Part shown: piece after piece, positions 55,999 through 64,000 of the stretch
Numbering within the stretch: position 1 is the first letter of the stretch
Layout of the letters: each line of letters starts with the position of its first letter
Source of the DNA: Planctomycetota bacterium
GTDB taxonomy: Bacteria; Planctomycetota; UBA1135; UBA2386
Length of the DNA stretch: 64,000 bases
Direction of reading: 5' to 3'
Assembly (NCBI GenBank): GCA_947501605.1
Contig: CANMWZ010000008.1
Location: 1-64,000 of the forward strand
Made by a program: the position numbers and the translations under genes
The notes under the pieces: model-generated
Database searches by the model: none
Told to the model about the DNA's origin: nothing
The model's input: only the letters and a program-made list of their open reading frames with translations

Positions 55999-57851
55999 GC
56001 GCACCACCGGCGGAGGAAGCGCGCAAACATCAGCACCGCCCACAGCATTTCGGCGTGGTCGCGCACCCCGCGCCGGTGCTGCACGAGCATCGAGCGCACG
56101 ACTTCTGGGTCGACCCACTCGCGCAACTGTCGGCCCTCGAGTTCCAAGCTCAACAAGTCACCAACACGACCCTGCAGCCAACTGCGCAGCGGCACCGAGA
56201 ATCCCTGCTTCTTGCGGGTCAGCGCCGCCGGATCGAGCCGGCGCGCCAACGCGCGTCGAAGGAACACCTTGGTCTGTGCCCCATGCAACTTGCGGGCAGT
56301 CGGAATCCGCGCGGCGAACTCGACCATCTTCTGGTCGAGAAACGGCGCTCGGACTTCAAGCGCGGTCGCCATCGAGGTGCGGTCGACTTTGACCAGGATG
56401 TCGCCCGGCAGCCACGTGGCGAAGTCGGCAGCGGTAGCTCGCTGCAGCGGATCCCGATTCTGACCACGTCGATACGCGTCGAGCACGGGCTGCAACGGAT
56501 CGCCGATCGCCGCGCGCAACTCCGGGCGAATTACCGAGAGGACTTCTTCCGGCAGATTGGCGCTGACGGAGCGCGCGTAGGCCAAGGCCGGATCGCGGGC
56601 CAGATTCTGCAGCGTGCGGCGAAGGCGTAGAGGTCTAGGCAGCCAATCGCCCTTCGGCGCCAGGGCGGCAAGCCCAGCCCACATGGACGAGGGGAGCCAC
56701 CCGCGCGCCTGGTTCTCTCGCCAGTCGAACACGTAGCGTCGATAGCCGCAGAAGTTCTCGTCGCCGCCATCTCCGGACAAGGCCACGGTCACGTGCTTCC
56801 GCGCCAGCCGGCTGACGTGGTACGTCGGCACCGCACTGCTGTCGGAGAAGGGCTCATCAAACGTCTGTGCTAGCCAGTCGATCTCGGTCATCGCCGCAAT
56901 CGAAAGCTCTTCTTCGATGAGTTCGGCTCCGCATGCTCTGGCCGACTGTCTCGCACCGGCGCGTTCGTCGAAGGCGGGATCGTCGAACCCAATCGTGCAG
57001 GCGCGAACCCCTCCACCTTGGCTGCGGATCATGGAATCGACCACGGCGTAGCTGTCGATGCCGCCGGACAGGAACGGCGCCAGTGGCACCTCGCCCATCA
57101 ATCGGATCTTGGTGCACTCATCGAGCAGCGACAGGGCGGCCGCCTGCTGCTCTGGCTCTGACCGATCGTCGACCTCATCGAAAGGGATGTCCCAGTAGCG
57201 CTCCGTCCGGACGGCATCGCCACGAACGAGGCACCAGTGTGCCGGCGGCAACTTGTTCACCGAGTTGAAGATGGAGATGGGGTCGGGAACGTAGCGAAGG
57301 GCAAAGAACTGCCCCACTGCATCAGGACGTAGCGTTCGATCGATGCCGAGCACGTGCAGCGCTTTGATCTCCGATGCGAAGGCAAAGCGACCATCCTGCA
57401 TCGTCCAATGAAACGGCTTCTTGCCCATCCGGTCACGGGCGCAATAGAGCGTGTGCTCATTCCGGTCGATCACGGCAAACGCAAACATGCCGCGAAGATG
57501 GCGCGCCAGACCCGTGCCCCATGCGCGATAGCCGTGGAGCAACACCTCGGTGTCGCTGTTGGTGCAGAACACCGCTCCTTCCTGCTCCAAGACTGCTCGG
57601 ACTTCCAGGTAGTTGTAGATCTCACCGTTGAAGGTAACCGTCAACGTCCCGTCCGCGGTCGTCATCGGCTGCTGCCCGCTAGCGAGGTCCACGATTGCCA
57701 AGCGCCGATGGGCAAAGCCCCAGCCTGGGCCGACGACGACGCCATCACCATCGGGGCCTCGGTGGGCCAATGCGTTCGCCATCGCTCGAAGCTGCTCGGT
57801 ATCGACGACTCGCGCGCGTTCGGAAAAGTAGACTCCGGTGATTCCGCACAT
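55995..57851 (-). CDS. AsnB-family glutamine amidotransferase (XrtA/PEP-CTERM system type)
   Basis: MCGI N-terminal Cys, HRGPD, HRRLAIVD, FNGEIYN, SDTEV, LSGGIDS, LSGDGGDE, KVDRTSM, RKKQGF. Confidence 0.95.
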   Translation of the reverse strand: MCGITGVYFSERARVVDTEQLRAMANALAHRGPDGDGVVVGPGWGFAHRRLAIVDLASGQQPMTTADGTLTVTFNGEIYNYLEVRAVLEQEGAVFCTNSDTEVLLHGYRAWGTGLARHLRGMFAFAVIDRNEHTLYCARDRMGKKPFHWTMQDGRFAFASEIKALHVLGIDRTLRPDAVGQFFALRYVPDPISIFNSVNKLPPAHWCLVRGDAVRTERYWDIPFDEVDDRSEPEQQAAALSLLDECTKIRLMGEVPLAPFLSGGIDSYAVVDSMIRSQGGGVRACTIGFDDPAFDERAGARQSARACGAELIEEELSIAAMTEIDWLAQTFDEPFSDSSAVPTYHVSRLARKHVTVALSGDGGDENFCGYRRYVFDWRENQARGWLPSSMWAGLAALAPKGDWLPRPLRLRRTLQNLARDPALAYARSVSANLPEEVLSVIRPELRAAIGDPLQPVLDAYRRGQNRDPLQRATAADFATWLPGDILVKVDRTSMATALEVRAPFLDQKMVEFAARIPTARKLHGAQTKVFLRRALARRLDPAALTRKKQGFSVPLRSWLQGRVGDLLSLELEGRQLREWVDPEVVRSMLVQHRRGVRDHAEMLWAVLMFARFLRRWCA

Positions 57852-57854
57852 GGC

Positions 57855-59234
57855 TCAGCGTCCCCACTTGGGCTGCGTTCGTCCGACCATGACCGGAACG
57901 GCACCGAACGGCGCACGATGGCGCACGGTCACGACATTGTTGCCCCGACCGCTCGCTTCGGCGACCGGCGGCTTCAGCCAGAGAGCAAGGCCGATCGCGC
58001 TGAAGCTCGTCACCAACGCCAGCCAGTGATAGAGCAAGTCAAAGTGGCCGCGGTTCAAGAACACGGCCCCGACCATGAAGCCCACTGTGGTTGCCTCCAT
58101 CATGCGGGCATAGTCCATGGCCCACCGCATGTCGGCTCGGGCCTTGCCCATGCGGAAGATCCGGCTGCACGAGAAGAAGACGGAGAACAACAGCACCAAG
58201 TAGATGGCGAAAGCAATCGTTCCGCTCTCGGCCCAGATCTGCAGGTACGAGTTGTGTGCAACATAGGTCGTGCTCGAGTCGACCTTCGCGACCTGGGCAT
58301 AGTCTCGATAACGGGACTGGAAGTTGCGCACCCCGACGCCGAAGACAGGATTGCCTTCGATCATCCGAAACGCGACCTTCCACGAGGTCAGTCGTGCGCT
58401 CGCGGACGACTCGGAGGTGTCGCCGATCGTCGACATGCGTTCGATGACTGAGCGCGGTGCGAAGACGAAGAACGCCATCACACACACCAACAAGCCCATG
58501 CTGGCGCGCACGAGATGGCCCGAACGCCATGCGATCCACACGGCAACCGCAACCAACGCGAGAAAGGCGCCGCGACTCTGCGTCAACAGCACCGTCATCG
58601 TCGTCAGGATGATGGCGATGCGGCTCGCCCGTCGCAGCCACCTGCGGTGACCCTCGCTCGAACCCAGGTACCACAGCAGTGGTACGTTCATGACCATGGC
58701 GAGCGCGAAGTCGTTGTTGTCTTCGAGCATCCCACCCGGACCGCGAAGGATGGTGGCGCCGCCGGTGAGGATGCCGAACACGCCGCCCTTGACGCCGTAG
58801 AAGGCCAAGCACACGGCGATCGTCAGCATCATCACTCGCAGGCGCTCCTTCGTGTTCACCTGACCGCTGGTGAACAACGCGATGACGATGATCTTGAGGA
58901 ACTCGAACAGGTAGCGGGTGACGTAATCATCCTGAGTCCGTGCTTGGACATAACTGAGGATGACGAGGGTGCCGAGAACCAGCATCAGCCACGAGCGCAG
59001 GTCCCACTTGGCAAACGGACGCCGCCCGCGCTCGTTTGCCCACCAGCCGGCGATCATTGCCATGCCGACGTAGAACGACAGGCGCATGTCGCGCGCAAAG
59101 CCCCAGCAGAGGTCTTGCGGACGCATGTAGGCGAGCCAACTGAAGACCAGGAGCCCGAGGAATGGCCTGCGGAAGCTGAGCGGCAACGCCAGCATCACGA
59201 TCCCGAAGACCATCAGGTCGCGAAACGCGCCCAC
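57855..59234 (-). CDS. Putative O-glycosylation ligase, exosortase A-associated (Wzy_C / O-antigen ligase family)
   Basis: Multi-TM; YMRPQ, DNNDFAL, TQSRGAFL, FGVG, VAHNSYLQIWAESG. Confidence 0.9.
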   Translation of the reverse strand: MGAFRDLMVFGIVMLALPLSFRRPFLGLLVFSWLAYMRPQDLCWGFARDMRLSFYVGMAMIAGWWANERGRRPFAKWDLRSWLMLVLGTLVILSYVQARTQDDYVTRYLFEFLKIIVIALFTSGQVNTKERLRVMMLTIAVCLAFYGVKGGVFGILTGGATILRGPGGMLEDNNDFALAMVMNVPLLWYLGSSEGHRRWLRRASRIAIILTTMTVLLTQSRGAFLALVAVAVWIAWRSGHLVRASMGLLVCVMAFFVFAPRSVIERMSTIGDTSESSASARLTSWKVAFRMIEGNPVFGVGVRNFQSRYRDYAQVAKVDSSTTYVAHNSYLQIWAESGTIAFAIYLVLLFSVFFSCSRIFRMGKARADMRWAMDYARMMEATTVGFMVGAVFLNRGHFDLLYHWLALVTSFSAIGLALWLKPPVAEASGRGNNVVTVRHRAPFGAVPVMVGRTQPKWGR

Positions 59235-59235
59235 T

Positions 59236-60840
59236 TCAGCCGCCGAGTACGATCGAGAGCAGGTTGAGGGCGAACGGCGGCAGGCGGTGCGGCGCCACGT
59301 AGTAGGTGGTCACCAGCACAACAGCGCTCATCAGGATGGCGCCAGCCACCAGCGAGCTGCGGCGACGGCGGCTCACGGTCTTGGCTCGCTCCTCTAGGGT
59401 CTCGAGGTGGCTGACAGCTCCAAGCATCGGCACGGACAGGGCGCGCTCGACGTCATCGACGGTCTTCAGTGTTCCGCGGAGCACATCGAGCAGCAGGATC
59501 AACACAATGGCAGCGCCGAGTCCGAGCAGGCAACCAAGCCCTGCAACCAGAGCGATGTTCGGTTCCGTCGGCTTTTTCGGAACAAAGGCCTCTGCGACCT
59601 GCTTGACCGGGGCCTTGGAGTCGAGCTGCTGCTGTAGATCGAGCGCAGCCTCGAGTTGCTTGCGGGCGTCGTCGCGCTTGTCTTGAGCCTCTTGAAGGCC
59701 GCGCTGCTTGGCAAAGTAGATTTCGGCTGCGTCGGCCCGCCGCTTCTGTTCTTCGCGCGCGGCCGCTACTTCGTCGAGCAGTCGATCGCGAGAAGCGACC
59801 GCGGCCGCCAAGGCGACTTGCATCCCCTCGAGTTCGGTACGCGCCTCCTTGAGCTTCGGGTTCTCGGTCAACTCTTCGCTGGAGAATGCCGCACTCAACT
59901 CCTTCTCGAGCCAAGCCACACGGGTGCGAAACGTCCTGAGGTCAGGGTGCGCAGGCCCCATCGAGTTCTCGAGACTTCGCTTGCGCGCCTTCAGCTCCAG
60001 GAACCACTGAGCCTCTTGAGAGCCGGCTGGGAAGCGCGTCTCGATCGCCATCGCTGACGAGTCGAAGTCGCGGGGCGTACGATCGATCTTGCGCTGCGTG
60101 TTCGCGATCTGCTGTTCGAGAACTGCGACCTCGCGATGCGCGGCGTCGAGTCGCTCCTCCTGCCGCTTCATCGACGCTTCACGGATCCGCATGTCCTCGC
60201 GCTGCAGCGCTTCATCCCACATCCGCTCGAACCCGTACTGCGCACTGAGGTGCGTCAGTTCGCGGTTGATGCTGGTGTACTCCCCGAGCGCCGCTCTGGC
60301 GCGCTGGTTTGCCTGTTCGGACTGCAGCTCCGTGCCGCGGCGCATGTCTGCGACTTGCTGCGCCATCCAGGTAGCGACCAGGGTGTTCAAGAAGGCCGCT
60401 GCGCGCACACCATCGCGATCGCGATAGGTCACTACGAGTCGTGCATAGCCGCGACCCTGACCTGGGTTGATGTCGACGACCCTGATGCGCTCCTCGATCT
60501 CTCGTTCACCCTGGCGCCGCTCGAAGGCGTCAGGGACAGCGCTCTCGGGCCAACCAAGCTTCTTGATCGTTGGACCGGCCGATTGCGGGATGAGGATCGT
60601 CGCATTGTCGACGACGAACTTGAACGGGTCCTCCGTTGGTCGAGTCTGAACTTCGGCCGGCAACCGGTAGTAGTCGACGTAGACCTCGGCCACGTAGTAG
60701 CGCGGCACGAAGAAGGCAACGATGCCGCCGATCAGCAGACCGAGTAGTGAGACAGGAATGACCTGCCAGCGACGCCGCTTCAGCAGATCGAAGTAGCGCG
60801 CTAGCGACAGCTGCGGCAGTTCAACCGTTGGCTCGCTCAT
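59236..60840 (-). CDS. Polysaccharide chain-length determinant (Wzc/GumC-like, no kinase domain)
   Basis: N-terminal TM after KRRRW, long coiled coil with GPAHPD, PKKPTEPN plus TM, DDVERALSVPMLG, extra C-terminal TM. Confidence 0.85.
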   Translation of the reverse strand: MSEPTVELPQLSLARYFDLLKRRRWQVIPVSLLGLLIGGIVAFFVPRYYVAEVYVDYYRLPAEVQTRPTEDPFKFVVDNATILIPQSAGPTIKKLGWPESAVPDAFERRQGEREIEERIRVVDINPGQGRGYARLVVTYRDRDGVRAAAFLNTLVATWMAQQVADMRRGTELQSEQANQRARAALGEYTSINRELTHLSAQYGFERMWDEALQREDMRIREASMKRQEERLDAAHREVAVLEQQIANTQRKIDRTPRDFDSSAMAIETRFPAGSQEAQWFLELKARKRSLENSMGPAHPDLRTFRTRVAWLEKELSAAFSSEELTENPKLKEARTELEGMQVALAAAVASRDRLLDEVAAAREEQKRRADAAEIYFAKQRGLQEAQDKRDDARKQLEAALDLQQQLDSKAPVKQVAEAFVPKKPTEPNIALVAGLGCLLGLGAAIVLILLLDVLRGTLKTVDDVERALSVPMLGAVSHLETLEERAKTVSRRRRSSLVAGAILMSAVVLVTTYYVAPHRLPPFALNLLSIVLGG

Positions 60841-60933
60841 GCCCTGTTCCACTCGCCGGATATCGGCAGGATGCCTCACAGAACCTGCTCCCGACTGCCA
60901 TTCTTGCGCACCAGTACCTTGGCGCTCATTGCG

Positions 60934-61746
60934 TCAGAACCGGAAAAAAGACGAGTTCGTTTGCCCGCTGGCGACGTCCCAGCCGAAGCGAATCTGGGCG
61001 AAGCCGAGAATCGTCTGCACCGCGACGCTCACCGGCGTCAGGATGCGCTCGAGCAACCGCGACACCATGCCGAGGAAGGTCGGCGGGATGTAGATGATGT
61101 CGTTCTCGCGGATGCGGATGTTACGCTGCGTGTTGCCAGACATGATCATGTGGTAGACGTCAACCTCCACATGCAATGGGTGCTCGGCGTCCGGGCGGAT
61201 CAACTGCACCCGGCTCAAGTTTGCCAATGGCGTCCACCGGATTCTCGCGACCGCTTTGAGGATCGTGCAGTCTGCTCCCAACAAGGCCATGGGCACGATG
61301 CCCTTCGCGCCCACCTCGCCAAAGGCATAGATGTTCTTGCTCTCGCCAACGATGCGGGCCTGGACATCGACCTCGAACTGGAACACGCCCTGGAGGAGCC
61401 CCTTTACCAGAGTCGCAAGCTGTGCCTCGGTGAGACCGAGCACCTGCACCGGCCCGACGTAGGGGATCAGGATCTTCCCGTCGATCGCGATGCTCTGCGG
61501 CGCCGTGAGTCGGGCGAGTTCCGCGGCGGAGGGATCGAGAAACGTCGAGGCCGGAATCAGGAAGACGATCGAGTCACCGCCCGCGACGTAGTTCTCGACT
61601 ACGGCGTCGCCTTCGGCGCGCGAGCCAAACCCCTTTTCGTGAAACAGCTCGCGCAACCGCTTTTCCTCGTAGTTGCTGCACGAGGTCAACAAGCAGCCAA
61701 GGATGGCCAGCAGCAAGAACGACAGGGCAGTGCGGTTCGGAGTCAC
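60934..61746 (-). CDS. Wza-like polysaccharide export lipoprotein
   Basis: Lipobox LTSC; GDSI, DGKILIPYVG..GLT, GEVG, ENDIIYIP (Poly_export plus SLBB). Confidence 0.9.
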   Translation of the reverse strand: MTPNRTALSFLLLAILGCLLTSCSNYEEKRLRELFHEKGFGSRAEGDAVVENYVAGGDSIVFLIPASTFLDPSAAELARLTAPQSIAIDGKILIPYVGPVQVLGLTEAQLATLVKGLLQGVFQFEVDVQARIVGESKNIYAFGEVGAKGIVPMALLGADCTILKAVARIRWTPLANLSRVQLIRPDAEHPLHVEVDVYHMIMSGNTQRNIRIRENDIIYIPPTFLGMVSRLLERILTPVSVAVQTILGFAQIRFGWDVASGQTNSSFFRF

Positions 61747-61956
61747 GCGCGTCTCTTCGAGGGTTGCCGCACCGGTCGTGCGGCGGGCTCATGGTAGGAG
61801 GCTGACTGTGCAGCGCAATCTCCGCGATTGCACGGAAGCTCCCCTAGTATCGGACGATCGCAGCCTGCGACCTGAGCCCGCGAGTTGGACCACTCGGTGC
61901 CGCCCGCCCGCGTGTGCGGCGACGGCAAGCAGCGGCCGCAGGCGAGGGCACGCGGC

Positions 61957-62967
61957 TCAGCGGCTCGCGTACTGCTGCTTGTAGTAGTCCTGGTAGGCGC
62001 CGCTGCGGACTCGCTCCCACCACGACCGATTCTGCACGTACCAGTCGAGCGTCTGCCGGAGGCCCTGCTCGAACGTGTGCCGCGGCTCCCAGCCAAGTGT
62101 TGCGCGTGCCTTGCTCGAGTCCATCGCGTAGCGACGGTCGTGGCCCGGGCGGTCTTTCACGTAGTGGATCAGGTTGTCCCCCTTGCCCAGCAGGCGGAGG
62201 ATCTCCTTGATCACGTAGATGTTCTCGCGCTCCGCGTTGCCACCGAAGTTGTAGACCTCGCCGGCCTGTCCCCGTTCCATCGCGGCGCGGATTCCCTCGC
62301 AGTGATCCGTCACGTAGATCCAGTCGCGGACGTTCTTGCCATCGCCATAGACTGGCAGATGCTTGCCCTCGAGGGCGTTTGCGATCATCAGCGGGATCAG
62401 CTTCTCCGGGAATTGGTACGGCCCATAGTTGTTCGAGCAGCGGGTGATGACGCAGTCCATGCCGTGCGTATGCACCGCGGCGCGCACGAGAAGGTCACTC
62501 GCTGCCTTGCTCGCCGAGTAGGGCGAGTTGGCCTGCATCGGTGTGTCCTCGGTGAAGAAGCCCCACGGGCCCAGGCTGCCGTAAACCTCGTCGGTGCTGA
62601 CGTGCACGAAGCGCTTGGTCTTGTAGATGCGGCTCTTGTCGAGCAACACCTGCGTGCCCTGCACGTTGGTTCGGACAAAGGCCGTCGCGTCGAGCACCGA
62701 ACGGTCGACGTGGCTCTCGGCGGCGAAGTGCACGACGAGGTCCGGTCGATGCGCAGCGAAGGCCTCGTCCATCTGCGCGCTGTCGGCGATATCGCCCTTC
62801 ACGAACGTGTAGCGCGGGTTGCTCGCCACGTCGGTCAGGTTCTCGAGGTTGCCAGCGTAGGTCAGGGCATCGAGGTTCACGACCTCGTGGTCGCTGCCGT
62901 TCAGCAGCATGCGCACGAAGTTCGAACCGATGAAACCAGCACCACCGGTGACGAGGATCTTGCTCAC
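61957..62967 (-). CDS. rfbB: dTDP-glucose 4,6-dehydratase
   Basis: TGGAGFIG, DALTYAGN, FAAESHVDRS, STDEVYG, YSASK, RCSNNYGP, DRPGHDRRY; GTG start overlaps the rfbD stop. Confidence 0.97.
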   Translation of the reverse strand: MSKILVTGGAGFIGSNFVRMLLNGSDHEVVNLDALTYAGNLENLTDVASNPRYTFVKGDIADSAQMDEAFAAHRPDLVVHFAAESHVDRSVLDATAFVRTNVQGTQVLLDKSRIYKTKRFVHVSTDEVYGSLGPWGFFTEDTPMQANSPYSASKAASDLLVRAAVHTHGMDCVITRCSNNYGPYQFPEKLIPLMIANALEGKHLPVYGDGKNVRDWIYVTDHCEGIRAAMERGQAGEVYNFGGNAERENIYVIKEILRLLGKGDNLIHYVKDRPGHDRRYAMDSSKARATLGWEPRHTFEQGLRQTLDWYVQNRSWWERVRSGAYQDYYKQQYASR

Positions 62968-63824
62968 TGGGACTCTTCCTTCAGATAGCGACGCAGGGCG
63001 TCGTGGTAATCGGGCAGCCGCTTCCCGCGAACCGCCGCGAGCTTGTCCGTGTCGAGCACGGACCAGGCTGGGCGAGCCGCGGGGCGGCCGAGTTCTTGGC
63101 TGGTCATGGTGCCTACCGTGACCGCCCCGAACCCGGCTGCAGCCAGGATATCGGTCGCGAAGCGGTGCCAACTGCATTGGCCTTCATTGCTCGCATGGTA
63201 GATGCCGCCAGGAGCCTTCAACTCACACAGGTCGAACATCGCAGCCGCGAGGTCGTCCGTGTAGGTAGGACGGCCAATCTGGTCCGTGACCACCTTCAAC
63301 GGCTGACCAGAACGGGCACGCGCCAACATGGCGGAGGGGAAGTTCTTGCCCTTCGGACCGAACACCCAGCTGGTTCGCAGAACGTAGAAGTCTTGGCGCT
63401 GATGCGCCGCGAGCGCCTGTTCGCCCAGCAGCTTGCTGCGGCCGTAGGCGGACAGCGGGGCGGTGGTCGCGTCCTCGCGATAGGGAGTCGTCGCGCGACC
63501 GTCGAACACAAAGTCCGTACTGACGTAAACGAGGCCGATGCCGAGTTCGGCGCAGACATCGGCAACGTGCGCGGTGCCAGTGCCGTTCTGCGCCACAGCC
63601 TTCTGCGGCTCCTTTTCACAGCCATCGACGTCGGTCCACGCGCCGCCATGCAGGACGAAACGAGGCTTCTGCTCGACGAGCCAACGGCGCACGGCACCTT
63701 GGTCTTCGACGCGCAGATTCGTCGTGTCGGTCATGCAGACGCTGCGCCCGCGTCGCCCGGCCTCGCGGGCTACAGCGCGGCCGAGTTGTCCTCTCCCACC
63801 TGTGACAAGGTAGTCGACGCTCAT
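62964..63824 (-). CDS. rfbD: dTDP-4-dehydrorhamnose reductase
   Basis: TGGRGQLG, AWTDVDGCE, STDFVFDG, YGRSKLLGE, DQIGRPTY, PAARPAWS. Confidence 0.96.
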   Translation of the reverse strand: MSVDYLVTGGRGQLGRAVAREAGRRGRSVCMTDTTNLRVEDQGAVRRWLVEQKPRFVLHGGAWTDVDGCEKEPQKAVAQNGTGTAHVADVCAELGIGLVYVSTDFVFDGRATTPYREDATTAPLSAYGRSKLLGEQALAAHQRQDFYVLRTSWVFGPKGKNFPSAMLARARSGQPLKVVTDQIGRPTYTDDLAAAMFDLCELKAPGGIYHASNEGQCSWHRFATDILAAAGFGAVTVGTMTSQELGRPAARPAWSVLDTDKLAAVRGKRLPDYHDALRRYLKEESQ

Positions 63825-63858
63825 GCTGCATTCCCTGCTGTGACCCGCAGTGCGGGCC

Positions 63859-63999
63859 TCAGATGTCCATCCGGTTGCAGCCGTTGTCGCGAATCAGCGT
63901 TGCGGCGCGATACAGCGATTCGAACGTGCCAGCATCGGTCCACCAACCCTTCAACACTTCGGCCGTCATCGAGCCACGGCGGATGTACTCGTTGTTGAC
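63859..63999 (-). CDS. C-terminal fragment of glucose-1-phosphate thymidylyltransferase (RfbA/SpsI-like; 5' part outside window)
   Basis: Own translation VNNEYIRRGSMTAEVLKGWWTDAGTFESLYRAA...*; WxDAGT motif; lies upstream of rfbD-rfbB. Confidence 0.85.
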   Translation of the reverse strand, partial: VNNEYIRRGSMTAEVLKGWWTDAGTFESLYRAATLIRDNGCNRMDI

Positions 64000-64000
64000 G

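Overview
High-GC (roughly two-thirds by eye), gene-dense bacterial chromosome segment, most consistent with an uncultured-type Planctomycetota. This is inferred from the DUF1549/DUF1553+DUF1501 pair, the ECF sigma/Ser-Thr kinase pair and DUF1573. From left to right: 3' end of a probable molybdopterin oxidoreductase; aspS; a multi-domain FKBP; a complete H+-type F1Fo ATP synthase operon (atpZ/gene1-atpI-BEFHAGDC); secreted proteins (unknown protein, M14 carboxypeptidase, S8 protease, choice-of-anchor-B/LVIVD protein); a DapA-family/aldehyde dehydrogenase pair; a pilB-pilT-pilB ATPase trio; an Sfp-type PPTase; sialate O-acetylesterase; a BNR-repeat lipoprotein; DUF1553/DUF1501; ECF sigma plus kinase; and a ~24 kb exosortase (XrtA-type) surface-polysaccharide cluster (rfbA-partial, rfbD, rfbB, wza, wzc-like, O-ligase, asnB-like, two GT4, exosortase-EpsI, deacetylase, GT2, GT2-FemAB fusion). 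Main findings: (1) four unrelated secreted proteins share a ~100-130 aa C-terminal domain (..LAxG..P..G..YxQ...D...SN) that looks like an export or surface-sorting module. (2) A PrsK-PrsR-PrsT-like regulatory triad lies antisense inside the exosortase cluster, but its 'kinase' is a doubly degenerate pseudo-receiver/pseudo-histidine kinase (H-box His to Asp). (3) A catalytically degenerate GT2 is fused to a FemAB-like aminoacyl transferase and translationally coupled to an intact GT2 paralogue. No rRNA, tRNA, CRISPR or mobile elements were recognised. All calls come from motif reading by eye; no searches were run.
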